From: Candidatus Muiribacteriota bacterium
GTDB taxonomy: Bacteria; Muiribacteriota; Muiribacteriia; Muiribacteriales; Muiribacteriaceae
Direction of reading: 5' to 3'
Length of the DNA stretch: 32,354 bases
Assembly (NCBI GenBank): GCA_051747805.1
Contig: JBNJGP010000026.1
Coordinates: forward strand, 1-32,354
The position numbers and the translations under genes are program-made. Below, piece by piece: positions 18,274-27,270 of this stretch (position 1 is its first letter; each line of letters opens with the position of its first letter). The notes beneath the pieces were generated by a model. It did no database searches. It had not been told where the DNA came from and saw only the letters and a program-made list of their open reading frames with translations.

Positions 18274-19629
18274 CTAACCCAACTCTTTTTCAATTATTTC
18301 TGTAATTTTATTCAGATGCGGGGCCGCCTTTTCAAGATCTTCTGCCTCAATCATAACACGTACAAGCGGCTCTGTTCCGCTTGGCCTTATAAGTATTCTT
18401 CCTTTATTACCAAATTCTTTCTCAAATAGTTTCATACTTGGCTTCAAATCGGATATCTGCCATAGTTTATCTTTTGTTTTAACTTTAATATTATTCATTA
18501 CCTGAGGAAATCTTTTAAATCCAGATTCCTTAATTATTTTTGAAAATGGTTTGTTTTCCTTTATTCTAATTTTAAGCATTTCAACTGCCGACAGAGGACC
18601 GTCACCGGTTGTGTTTTTTTCAAGATAAATAATATGTCCTGACTGTTCCCCGCCAATTGAAGAATTTTGTCTCAGCATTTCTTCAAGAACATATTTATCC
18701 CCTACTTTTGTTTCAATAAAAACACCCTGATTTTCTTTTATAAGATTTTTCAAGCCCATATTCGCCATTACTGTACCTGTTATTTTTTTATTAAAGCTCT
18801 TATCGTTTTTAACTTTATGCAAAAAAGCCAGCGACAGCATTATATCACCATCAATAACCTCGCCCTCATCATCTACCATTAAACAGCGGTCTCCGTCGCC
18901 GTCAAAAGCTATACCGCAATCATAATTTTCTTTTTTAACAAGAGAGGCTATTTTATTCAGGTTAGTTGAGCCGCATTCATTATTAATATTATCACCAGTT
19001 GGATTATTATCTATAACATCATAATTTATTTTCAGCCTGTCCATTATTTCAGGAATACATTTGGAAGTTGCTCCGTTTGCGCAATCTATAAGAACTTTAA
19101 GCGTTCCAAAATCTGTGTTCCCAGCCGCCTCTTCTATTAACTCAATATATTCATCAGTATAATTATGTTTATCATAAATTCTACCAATATTTTTATGAGT
19201 AATTACTTCAGGATTTTTTTCGGGGTCAAAAAAGGCCTTTTCAATTTTAAGCTCTTTTTTATCTGAAAGTTTAAATCCATTACTTCCAATAAATTTTATT
19301 CCATTATCATAAAAAGGATTGTGCGAGGCAGAAATCATTATTCCACATAAAGCCTTTTTCTTTTTAGTTATATAGGCCAGACCAGGGGTTGGAATTATAC
19401 CTAATTTATAAACATGAACCCCAACAGAAGTTAATCCGGCAGAAATAGCAGCCTCAAGCATATCACACGATAAACGGGTATCTTTGCCAAGGAAAACAAA
19501 ATCGCTTTTGTTTTCTTTTTTTAAAATTCTACCAGCCACTGCGGCTATTTTATATAAAACATCCCCCTGAAGAGGATATATATTTGCAACACCTCTTATA
19601 CCGTCGGTTCCAAAAAGTTTTTTTTCCAT
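18274..19629 (-). CDS. glmM: Phosphoglucosamine mutase
   Basis: FGTDGIRG, MISASHNP, DGDGDR, GGEQSGH, RPSGTEPLVRVM. Confidence 0.97.
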   Translation of the reverse strand: MEKKLFGTDGIRGVANIYPLQGDVLYKIAAVAGRILKKENKSDFVFLGKDTRLSCDMLEAAISAGLTSVGVHVYKLGIIPTPGLAYITKKKKALCGIMISASHNPFYDNGIKFIGSNGFKLSDKKELKIEKAFFDPEKNPEVITHKNIGRIYDKHNYTDEYIELIEEAAGNTDFGTLKVLIDCANGATSKCIPEIMDRLKINYDVIDNNPTGDNINNECGSTNLNKIASLVKKENYDCGIAFDGDGDRCLMVDDEGEVIDGDIMLSLAFLHKVKNDKSFNKKITGTVMANMGLKNLIKENQGVFIETKVGDKYVLEEMLRQNSSIGGEQSGHIIYLEKNTTGDGPLSAVEMLKIRIKENKPFSKIIKESGFKRFPQVMNNIKVKTKDKLWQISDLKPSMKLFEKEFGNKGRILIRPSGTEPLVRVMIEAEDLEKAAPHLNKITEIIEKELG

Positions 19630-20702
19630 TTTAATACTCCAAAATTCAAATTATTTATATAATTTTTATCATATTCAGGCATCATATAATGCGGAACGTA
19701 AAAAACATTTTCTTTTAATTCTGCGATAATTTTATCTAATTTATTATCTTTTAATCTTTTTTCAATATATTTATAAAAATTTTCAAGCAGTTTATCACAA
19801 TAAACACTTTCACAATTAGGTATTATACCAATATTTTTCATATAATCCAAACTTTCAGAATTAATCATATTTCCTGCAGCTTTTAAAATTTTCACTTTAT
19901 CAGAACTATACTTATTAACAAGCATGGAAAGTGCCGTTGATACGGCCGCTTTAGCTTTAAGAAAATCCCTTATAAGATTATTATTTATATTTAACTTCTC
20001 AATTTGTATATCTCTTTTTAAAGGTCCCCCGCGACTTAATAACTCAATATCTAATAAAATATTTAAAAGTTTTATTAGCCCGGCAGGATAAATTGAATAC
20101 ACATCCCCCGGGCCACTTTTTTTCAGCCGAAAACTACCATTAAAATCAATTTCTTTAATATAGGATTTTTCTTTTTCAACAGACATTTCAAAAGCAGAGC
20201 CGGCCGGAGTTGTAGTTAAAAAAAACTTATTTTTATTTTTTAAAATAATTTCACAGTTTGTACCAAAATCCACCCCTAACATGTTATCTTTTTTTTCCTT
20301 TTTCATCTCAAGAATAAGGGGTAGGGTATCCGAACCCGCAAAAGAGCTTATTCCTTCAAGAAACTCATTATTTTTATTAAGTTTTTTTTCCATTCTATAA
20401 GGATATTTTGAAAAACCTTTTATATTTTTTCCCGAATAAAAATGTTCTATAACAGTATTTCCTATAATAATTAAAAGTTCATTTTTATTTTTATAATGAT
20501 ATTTTATATGATTTTTTATCTCATTTATTAAAGCAAGGCGTAGCTTTTCAAAACATTTTTTCCCTTTCAGACCAAACTCTACTCTTGCTATTAAATCACT
20601 TCCATACTCTGTCTGAGGATTTTTTGAGAAAAAATATTCAAATTTATTTTTATTTTTAGAAATACTTTTTATGTTAGTAGTTCCCGCATCAATCAGAAGC
20701 AA
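19596..20702 (-). CDS. RACo/DUF4445-like ASKHA corrinoid activation protein lacking the Fe-S domain
   Basis: IDAGTT, NPQTEYGSDLIAR, GNTVIEH, ISSFAGSD, VDFGTNCEI, TPAGSAFE, KAAV; TTG start with GGAGG; 368 aa. Confidence 0.8.
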   Translation of the reverse strand: MLLIDAGTTNIKSISKNKNKFEYFFSKNPQTEYGSDLIARVEFGLKGKKCFEKLRLALINEIKNHIKYHYKNKNELLIIIGNTVIEHFYSGKNIKGFSKYPYRMEKKLNKNNEFLEGISSFAGSDTLPLILEMKKEKKDNMLGVDFGTNCEIILKNKNKFFLTTTPAGSAFEMSVEKEKSYIKEIDFNGSFRLKKSGPGDVYSIYPAGLIKLLNILLDIELLSRGGPLKRDIQIEKLNINNNLIRDFLKAKAAVSTALSMLVNKYSSDKVKILKAAGNMINSESLDYMKNIGIIPNCESVYCDKLLENFYKYIEKRLKDNKLDKIIAELKENVFYVPHYMMPEYDKNYINNLNFGVLKWKKNFLEPTV

Positions 20703-20738
20703 TAATCCTCCAAATAATCAGGATTTTTCAAAATTTTC

Positions 20739-21623
20739 TTAGAATTGCCGGTTTAAAGAAGTTTTTTCTATAATAACTGGTATTTCTTTTTCAAGTCCAA
20801 AAACCATGAAATGAAACCCGTCCACATAATTTTTTAACTTTTCGACAATTTCACAGGCAATCTCAACCCTTTCTTTTTTAACGTCTACGGTATTTTTGAG
20901 ACGATTCAGTATTTTATCAGGAATTGTAATTCCCGGCACAGTATTGTTTATAAACTGTGCGAAATCATGATTTTTCAATAAACTTATCCCCGCAAAAACG
21001 GGAACATTCATATGTTTGATTTTTTTATAAAATTCAATATATTTTTCTGGCTCAAAAATCACCTGAGTTTGAAAAAATGACGCTCCAGCTGATATTTTCT
21101 TTTTAAACTTCATAATATGAGCATCAACGGGAGTGGCACATGGATTCACAGCGGCTCCGGCAAGAATATCAGGTTTTCCTTTAAGCTTATTGCCGGAAAA
21201 ATCATATCCTCGATTTAAATTTTTTATTACCTGCAGAAGTTGTGCAGAATCAAAATCATAAACAGCTTTTGAGTTAACATGGTCCCCGATGGAAGGATGG
21301 TCCCCAGTAATAACCAGAACATTTTTAATTCCCAGCAGAGATGCAGATAATAAATCAGACTGAAGAGCCAGCCTGTTTCTGTCCCGGCAGTTGAGCTGAA
21401 AAACAGTTTCAACATTTTTTTCTCTCTCAAGCCAGGCACAAATTCCAAGAGAGCCTGTTCTCATCGTTGCCCTCTGATTATCTGTAACATTAAATATATC
21501 AACATGATTTTTCAAAAAATCGACTTTTCTGGCAACACCCTTCATTTTAATACCCTTGGGAGCAAAAAGTTCTGCTGATAATACGAGTTTTTTATTATTT
21601 ATTAAATCTTTGAGTTTATTCAT
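20739..21623 (-). CDS. metF: Methylenetetrahydrofolate reductase
   Basis: NVTDN, CRDRNRLALQSDLL, TGDHPSIGDH, KKISAGASFFQTQ. Confidence 0.92.
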   Translation of the reverse strand: MNKLKDLINNKKLVLSAELFAPKGIKMKGVARKVDFLKNHVDIFNVTDNQRATMRTGSLGICAWLEREKNVETVFQLNCRDRNRLALQSDLLSASLLGIKNVLVITGDHPSIGDHVNSKAVYDFDSAQLLQVIKNLNRGYDFSGNKLKGKPDILAGAAVNPCATPVDAHIMKFKKKISAGASFFQTQVIFEPEKYIEFYKKIKHMNVPVFAGISLLKNHDFAQFINNTVPGITIPDKILNRLKNTVDVKKERVEIACEIVEKLKNYVDGFHFMVFGLEKEIPVIIEKTSLNRQF

Positions 21624-22249
21624 TTTCTATTGCTATCCTTTCTAGGTTTTATCTCATTTACATTTTTTAAAGGCTCAAATATTTTTTCAATATTGGAAAG
21701 CTCCCCTTTGTCTTTAAGGGTTTGATAAATTTCGGCCCAGGCACAGTCTCTAGTTTCATCAACTTCGCATTTCCCGTTAATAGAACCACCGCAGGGACCG
21801 TTTAAAATCCCTTTAGAGCATCTTGTTCTGGGACATATAAAAGTTTCATTAAGAACACAGTCACCACACATAGAACAACTTTCGGTAAAAATTCCTGTTC
21901 TAGGTTTTTTAGCAAGATAAGAAGTATCAAGTATTGTAAAAACGGGAAAGGAGGCTATTTTTCTTAAAGCCTGAGTACCAGCTCCACAGGAAAAACTTAT
22001 AAGTGCACTTATTCCCTTCTGATTTAATTTTTTTAAATCTCTTTTAATTAGAAGCTGATTACACATACCCTCAATAGAAATAAAATCAACCACTTCTAAA
22101 TTATATTTTCCAGAAATTTCTTTAAAAAAATCCTCGCCGGAAGTGCCACATTCTTCGGCACATATAGAACAGCCAACAAAGGCGACTTTTTTATGTTTTG
22201 AAAAAATTTTCTTTAAGTTTTCTTCATTTTTTATTCTTGTTACTATCAT
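21620..22249 (-). CDS. metV: MetV-like Cys-rich MTHFR partner subunit
   Basis: GCSICAEEC, SCGAGTQ, CSMCGDCVL, CPRTRCSKGILNGPCGGS, CEV, CAW; overlaps metF by 4 nt. Confidence 0.88.
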   Translation of the reverse strand: MIVTRIKNEENLKKIFSKHKKVAFVGCSICAEECGTSGEDFFKEISGKYNLEVVDFISIEGMCNQLLIKRDLKKLNQKGISALISFSCGAGTQALRKIASFPVFTILDTSYLAKKPRTGIFTESCSMCGDCVLNETFICPRTRCSKGILNGPCGGSINGKCEVDETRDCAWAEIYQTLKDKGELSNIEKIFEPLKNVNEIKPRKDSNRK

Positions 22250-24683
22250 CTATCGCTCCAGAAAGTTTTTTTGCTTCGCTAACTGCCCCGGTAGCATCAG
22301 AGGCAAAACCATCTGCCCCAATTTTATCGGCATAATCCTGAGTTACAACAGCACCGCCTATCATTACCTTAACAGAAATCTTTTCTTTATTAATTATTGC
22401 AACAATTTTTTCCATTTCGCTCATAGTAGTTGTCATCAACGCTGAAAGAGCCAGAATATCAGGTTTCATTTCTTTAAGCTTTTTAATTAAAAAATCGGTT
22501 TTAACATCTTTTCCAAGATCCTCAACTATAAAACCAAAATTTTCAAGCATAAGCTTAACAATGTTTTTTCCAATATCATGAATATCCCCTTCGACTGTTG
22601 CAAGCAGAATTTTCTTTTTTATTTCTTCTTTTTCTTTATTTTTCCCTCCTGCAAGAACTGGTTTTAATATCTCAAAACCCCTTCTTACAGCATCTGCCCC
22701 AGAAATAAGCTGTGGAAGATAAAACTCCTGTTTATCGTATTTAATACCAACCATTTCTATTGCCGGAATAAGAAATTTTTTCATTATATTAAAAGGGTTT
22801 ATATCATCTCTGAGCTTTTCATTCACCCTTTTTTCAACTTCATCAGGCAACCCGTTTACAACCGCGCTGTATAAATTATCATTCATTTTTTCATCATAAT
22901 CATCTTTTATATTTTTATTTTTTGTTTTTTTAACTCCCTTTTTTTTAAATTCAACTTTTTCAGAAAAATCAATATATTTTTTTCCGTCCAAATCCAATCC
23001 CAGCAAATATTCAGAGCTTCTTAAAATCGCCATAAACTCAGGACTGAGCGGATTACCTATACACCCTTTAAGACCATAAGACATACACATAGCCAGAAAA
23101 GCAGAGTTCATATACTTTCTTAAAGGAAGACCATGAGAAACATTTGAAATACCCATCAATGTTGGAAGTTTATACTCATCATTGATTTTTTTTATTGTTT
23201 CAAGAGCAAGTTTTGGTCCATCTTTTTCAGCCGCAACTGCAAGACTTAAACAATCTATAATTAAATTTTCATGGGGTATTTTATATCTGGAAGCATATTC
23301 AAGGATTTTTTCAAGAGTTTTCATTCTTTCTGATAATGTTGAAGGAATTCCTTTTTCACCAACAAGAAGCGCTATTGCGGCTGAACCATGTTCTGCCATT
23401 GCTGGGAATATTGTATCCATTGTTTTTTTCTTTGCATTAACAGAATTTATAAGCGGCTTTCCATCACATATTTCAAGTGCGGCAACAACAGATTTAGGAT
23501 TTGCTGAATCAACGCTCAAAGGGATATTTACGGCCCCCTGAACAACTCCGACAGCTTTTTTTAAAAGTTCTTTTTCATCTCCAACATCCACTCCTGTATT
23601 TACATCAATTATATCTGCACCCTTTACTTCCTGTTTTATTGCTCCCTGAGCATAAATATTAAAATCACCTTCTTTCAGGGCTATCTTTAGTTTTTTTCTG
23701 GCAGTTGGATTCAGTCTTTCGCCAATAAGACAGAAATTATTATTATCCGCCCTTACAGTTTTTGTGCGTGAGGAAACACGGAATATTTTATTTTTAGATG
23801 GAGCTGCCGGCTTTATTCCTTTTAACCGGGAGGAAAGCGCTTTTATATGCTCAAATTCTGTTCCGCAGCAACCACCTGTAATATTAACCCCGGCCTGAGC
23901 CAACTTAAGCCCATAAGCCGCAAATTCGTCCGGTTTCATAGGAAAAACTGTTTTATTTCCTTCCAGATAAGGAATACCTGCATTTGGAACTGCACTTACA
24001 TAATTATTTGTGTTTTTTTTAATCTCTCTAATTATTGGAAGCATCTCCTTCGCACCAAGAGAACAGTTAGTTCCCAGCGCAAAAACATTTAAAGAATCCA
24101 TCAGGCTGGCATGTGTTTCAGGGTCAGTTCCCGTTAAAGTCCTTCTGTTTTCCTGATACGTTAACTGAGTAATAACTGGTCTGTCTGATACTTTTTTAAT
24201 TCCCATAACAGCGGCTTTAAGCTCCCATAAATCAAACATTGTTTCAACTATAAAAAGGTCAACTCCACCTTCTTCCAGCGCTTCTGCCTGTGAGGCAAAA
24301 ATATCTACAGCCTCTTTTAAAGGAAGGTCTCCCTCTGTTTTTATAAATCTGCCGGTAGGTCCGATTGAACCAGCAACAAAAGCCCTGTTTTCGGCAGCCC
24401 TTTTTGCAGTTCTTGCCCCTTCATAATTTATTTCCCATAATTTATCTTCAATTCCGAATTTAGATAATTTTTCTTTATTTCCGCCAAAGGTATTTGTTTC
24501 TATTATATCAGCACCACATTCTATGTACTCTGAATGTATTTTTTGAATTTCTCCGGGAGCCCTCAGGTTTAATTCTTCCGGAGCAATCCCCTTTATCAGA
24601 AGATTTCTCTTTTGAAGTAGAGAACCCATAGCACCATCAATTATTAAAATTTTACTTTCTATTTCTTTTTTTAAATCTCTCAT
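22224..24683 (-). CDS. metH: Cobalamin-dependent methionine synthase core (Hcy, pterin, cap, B12 domains; no AdoMet reactivation domain)
   Basis: DGAMGS, ETNTFG, GTNCS, GGCCGT, IGERLNPT, GISNVSHGLP, DIHDIGKNIV, SALMTTT, GGAV; ends at 819 aa. Confidence 0.92.
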   Translation of the reverse strand: MRDLKKEIESKILIIDGAMGSLLQKRNLLIKGIAPEELNLRAPGEIQKIHSEYIECGADIIETNTFGGNKEKLSKFGIEDKLWEINYEGARTAKRAAENRAFVAGSIGPTGRFIKTEGDLPLKEAVDIFASQAEALEEGGVDLFIVETMFDLWELKAAVMGIKKVSDRPVITQLTYQENRRTLTGTDPETHASLMDSLNVFALGTNCSLGAKEMLPIIREIKKNTNNYVSAVPNAGIPYLEGNKTVFPMKPDEFAAYGLKLAQAGVNITGGCCGTEFEHIKALSSRLKGIKPAAPSKNKIFRVSSRTKTVRADNNNFCLIGERLNPTARKKLKIALKEGDFNIYAQGAIKQEVKGADIIDVNTGVDVGDEKELLKKAVGVVQGAVNIPLSVDSANPKSVVAALEICDGKPLINSVNAKKKTMDTIFPAMAEHGSAAIALLVGEKGIPSTLSERMKTLEKILEYASRYKIPHENLIIDCLSLAVAAEKDGPKLALETIKKINDEYKLPTLMGISNVSHGLPLRKYMNSAFLAMCMSYGLKGCIGNPLSPEFMAILRSSEYLLGLDLDGKKYIDFSEKVEFKKKGVKKTKNKNIKDDYDEKMNDNLYSAVVNGLPDEVEKRVNEKLRDDINPFNIMKKFLIPAIEMVGIKYDKQEFYLPQLISGADAVRRGFEILKPVLAGGKNKEKEEIKKKILLATVEGDIHDIGKNIVKLMLENFGFIVEDLGKDVKTDFLIKKLKEMKPDILALSALMTTTMSEMEKIVAIINKEKISVKVMIGGAVVTQDYADKIGADGFASDATGAVSEAKKLSGAIDDSNKNKK

Positions 24684-25573
24684 ATTAACTCTTCCTTTCT
24701 TATTAATGAATAAGTTTTTATCATTTTTTCAGGGGCCCAGGATCTTTTATTTTTTTTCAACCCCGCAATGCCCATATCGGATTCTCTGTTAATATAAACA
24801 CATTTATCCTTTAAATATTCTGCTGTTTGATTGTTTATATACTGTGCAATTCCTTTAAATTTCACATTATATTTTTCAAAATGAACATCATATGTTTCTT
24901 TGTTTAAAGGAGAAAAAACAGCAAAAGCTTCTAAATTATCATTAATAAAGATTCCGAGAGCTTCGGCAGAAATATTATTAAAATTATTAAAAATATTTTT
25001 CAAGGCTTCCATTTCAATATCAATTCCCCTGTCATCAGAAAACTTTGTTTTACACCATTTCTTCGATAGTTTTACAGCCTCCTGCGAATCTTCAGAGGTT
25101 AACTTCTTAACTTCATAATTTTCATTTTTTCTCTTAAACTGAGAAATAAGGTTTTTTTTCTTATTTAATTTTTTACCCTTTAATTTTACAAGTTTCTCAG
25201 TCAGGTAAACATAATCAAAGTAGGCGGGTTCCTCTTTTATTTCAAAGTATTTCGAGACTTCTCTGCTATTCTCTTTTACCCAAGGATTTCCTGCAAAAGT
25301 AAAATCTCCGCTTTTATTTTCTTTTTTAAAATAATCTGAAATTTCTAGTAATTGTTTTACCTTAAGTGGTTTTCCCTGAGGCATATATATTATATTATCA
25401 TAATTATTATAAATTAATATCCTACCCTCGTAATCTGTCCACTCAAAATCATAAAACTCTCCCCATACAAATAAATTTATAAAGTTAAACTCTGAAATTT
25501 CCACATTATTATTAATTAATATATCTTTAAAAAAAGCTTTATGCTCAAGTTTTATTTTATCAAAATTCTTCAT
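24680..25573 (-). CDS. DUF2156 family (aminoacyl-phosphatidylglycerol synthase C-terminal-like) protein
   Basis: SEFNFINLFVW, DYVY..EKLVKLKGKKLNKKKNLISQF, VHFEK, YINRESDMGIAGLKKNKRS. Confidence 0.82.
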   Translation of the reverse strand: MKNFDKIKLEHKAFFKDILINNNVEISEFNFINLFVWGEFYDFEWTDYEGRILIYNNYDNIIYMPQGKPLKVKQLLEISDYFKKENKSGDFTFAGNPWVKENSREVSKYFEIKEEPAYFDYVYLTEKLVKLKGKKLNKKKNLISQFKRKNENYEVKKLTSEDSQEAVKLSKKWCKTKFSDDRGIDIEMEALKNIFNNFNNISAEALGIFINDNLEAFAVFSPLNKETYDVHFEKYNVKFKGIAQYINNQTAEYLKDKCVYINRESDMGIAGLKKNKRSWAPEKMIKTYSLIRKEELI

Positions 25574-25582
25574 GAAACTCCT

Positions 25583-26002
25583 TTATTTTAATATCATAGG
25601 TATATAATTTTTCATTTCTTCAAAACCGAGATTATTATAGAATTTTTCAGTTCCAGGCTCGCCAATTAAACCTATCCAGTCAATATTATTTTTTTTAAGT
25701 TCAAAAATAATGCTTTTACATATAAAACTTCCATAACCTCTTTTTCTATACTCTTTTTTTACATAGATATCCTGAATATAGGCATCACTTACACCGTCAC
25801 TTATGGCACGTCCCATTCCTACAATTTTTTTATTTTTAAAAATACCGCAGAAAATAAATGACTGTGTCAGAATTTTTTGAATAAAATTTATATCCTCATC
25901 TGAAGTTTCTCCCCACCAGCCTGATTCTAAATAAAGCTCAAACACTTCTTTTAACTGGAACTTATTACTCTGCTTTTTAAAAAACGCTAACTCAATGTTC
26001 AT
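25583..26002 (-). CDS. GNAT family N-acetyltransferase
   Basis: VGMGRAISDGVSDAYIQD, YRKRGYG acetyl-CoA motif, FYNNLGF. Confidence 0.9.
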   Translation of the reverse strand: MNIELAFFKKQSNKFQLKEVFELYLESGWWGETSDEDINFIQKILTQSFIFCGIFKNKKIVGMGRAISDGVSDAYIQDIYVKKEYRKRGYGSFICKSIIFELKKNNIDWIGLIGEPGTEKFYNNLGFEEMKNYIPMILK

Positions 26003-27270
26003 AAAATACCTTCTACACCTTTTGTGTTTAAAACATCCCGGGCACTTAAATAACCCTTCCTTGCTATATTAACACCAAGTTTAATATTTTCAAAATCTGT
26101 CTCTTTATGTGCATCAGGATTAATAGAAAATAAAACACCTGTTTCCTGCGCAATTCTTATATATTCCCAGTCTAAATCCAACCTGTCTGGCGAGCAGTTT
26201 ATTTCAACTGCAACCTTATTTTTTTTTAAAGCCTTAAAAACTTTTTTCATATTTATTTTATAAGGATGACGCGCAAGAAGCAGCCGGCCTGTTGGATGAC
26301 CCAGAATATTCACATGAGGATTTGAAACAGCTTTTATTACTCTTTTGGTCATTTCTTCTTCTGACATTTCAGTTTTCTGATGAACAGAGACAATTACAAA
26401 ATCAAGTTTTTTTAAAATATCATTAGAATAATCCAGACAGCCATCTTTTCTAATATCACATTCTACACCCGATAAAAATTTTATTTCAGATGTTTTATTA
26501 TATTCTTTTATATATTCCAGCTGCTTTAATAATCTTTTTTCATCCAATCCATTAACATAATAGGAACTTATTGAATGGTCTGTAATTCCGGCATATTTAA
26601 AACCATGTTTTAAACATAAACTTTCAATCTGTCTTAGATTCAACTTTCCGTCACTTTCTGTTGTATGAATATGTAAAACACCTTTTATATCCGATATTTT
26701 GATAAGCTTTTTATTATTTTTTTTAAGCAAATTTATTTCATCTCCATACTCCCGCAGCTCCGGCTCAACAAAAGGAATTTCAAAAAAATCATAAATATCT
26801 TTTTCGTGGTTGAAGACTTTTAATTTTTTAGTTTTATTATTGAATATACCATCTCTTTTCAGGCTGAATCCCTTCTTTTTTATTTCAAAACTAAATTTTT
26901 TTATATAATTACTGCTGGAACTCAGCATATGATATAAATGGGCAAAATTATTTTTTTCTGCAAGATATATATAAACAAAAATATTGTTTTTAAGCATGAA
27001 ACATATATTTTGGCTATCAATATAGTAAAATTTTTTAAAATACTCATAGTTTTGTATTTTATTTATTATTTCCCAGTTTTTTTTCCCCTCTATTAAATAT
27101 TCAAGCGAGTCAACCAAAGGACATTTACGTCTTAAAATTCCAGTTTCTCTAATTTTTTTAATATTTTCATCAACTTTAACATAATTAATAAAATGTTCTG
27201 AAACGGTTTCTGCCTTTTTAAATAAAATTAATTTATTGTTGTTTTTAAATAGTGTTTTTATTTTATTCAT
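25999..27270 (-). CDS. Truncated PolX-like protein with degenerate palm and intact PHP domain
   Basis: Thumb motif FVEPELRE; PHP motifs LHIHTTESDG, ITDHS, GVECDI, SVH, GHPTGR, EIN, NPDAH; palm reads TGILRRKCPLVDSLEY. Confidence 0.85.
   Translation of the reverse strand: MNKIKTLFKNNNKLILFKKAETVSEHFINYVKVDENIKKIRETGILRRKCPLVDSLEYLIEGKKNWEIINKIQNYEYFKKFYYIDSQNICFMLKNNIFVYIYLAEKNNFAHLYHMLSSSSNYIKKFSFEIKKKGFSLKRDGIFNNKTKKLKVFNHEKDIYDFFEIPFVEPELREYGDEINLLKKNNKKLIKISDIKGVLHIHTTESDGKLNLRQIESLCLKHGFKYAGITDHSISSYYVNGLDEKRLLKQLEYIKEYNKTSEIKFLSGVECDIRKDGCLDYSNDILKKLDFVIVSVHQKTEMSEEEMTKRVIKAVSNPHVNILGHPTGRLLLARHPYKINMKKVFKALKKNKVAVEINCSPDRLDLDWEYIRIAQETGVLFSINPDAHKETDFENIKLGVNIARKGYLSARDVLNTKGVEGIL

Noticed and set aside
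19596..22249. Wood-Ljungdahl pathway cluster
   Set aside because: No acsABCDE, fhs or folD here; metV/metF/RACo are coupled to metH, which fits methionine synthesis.
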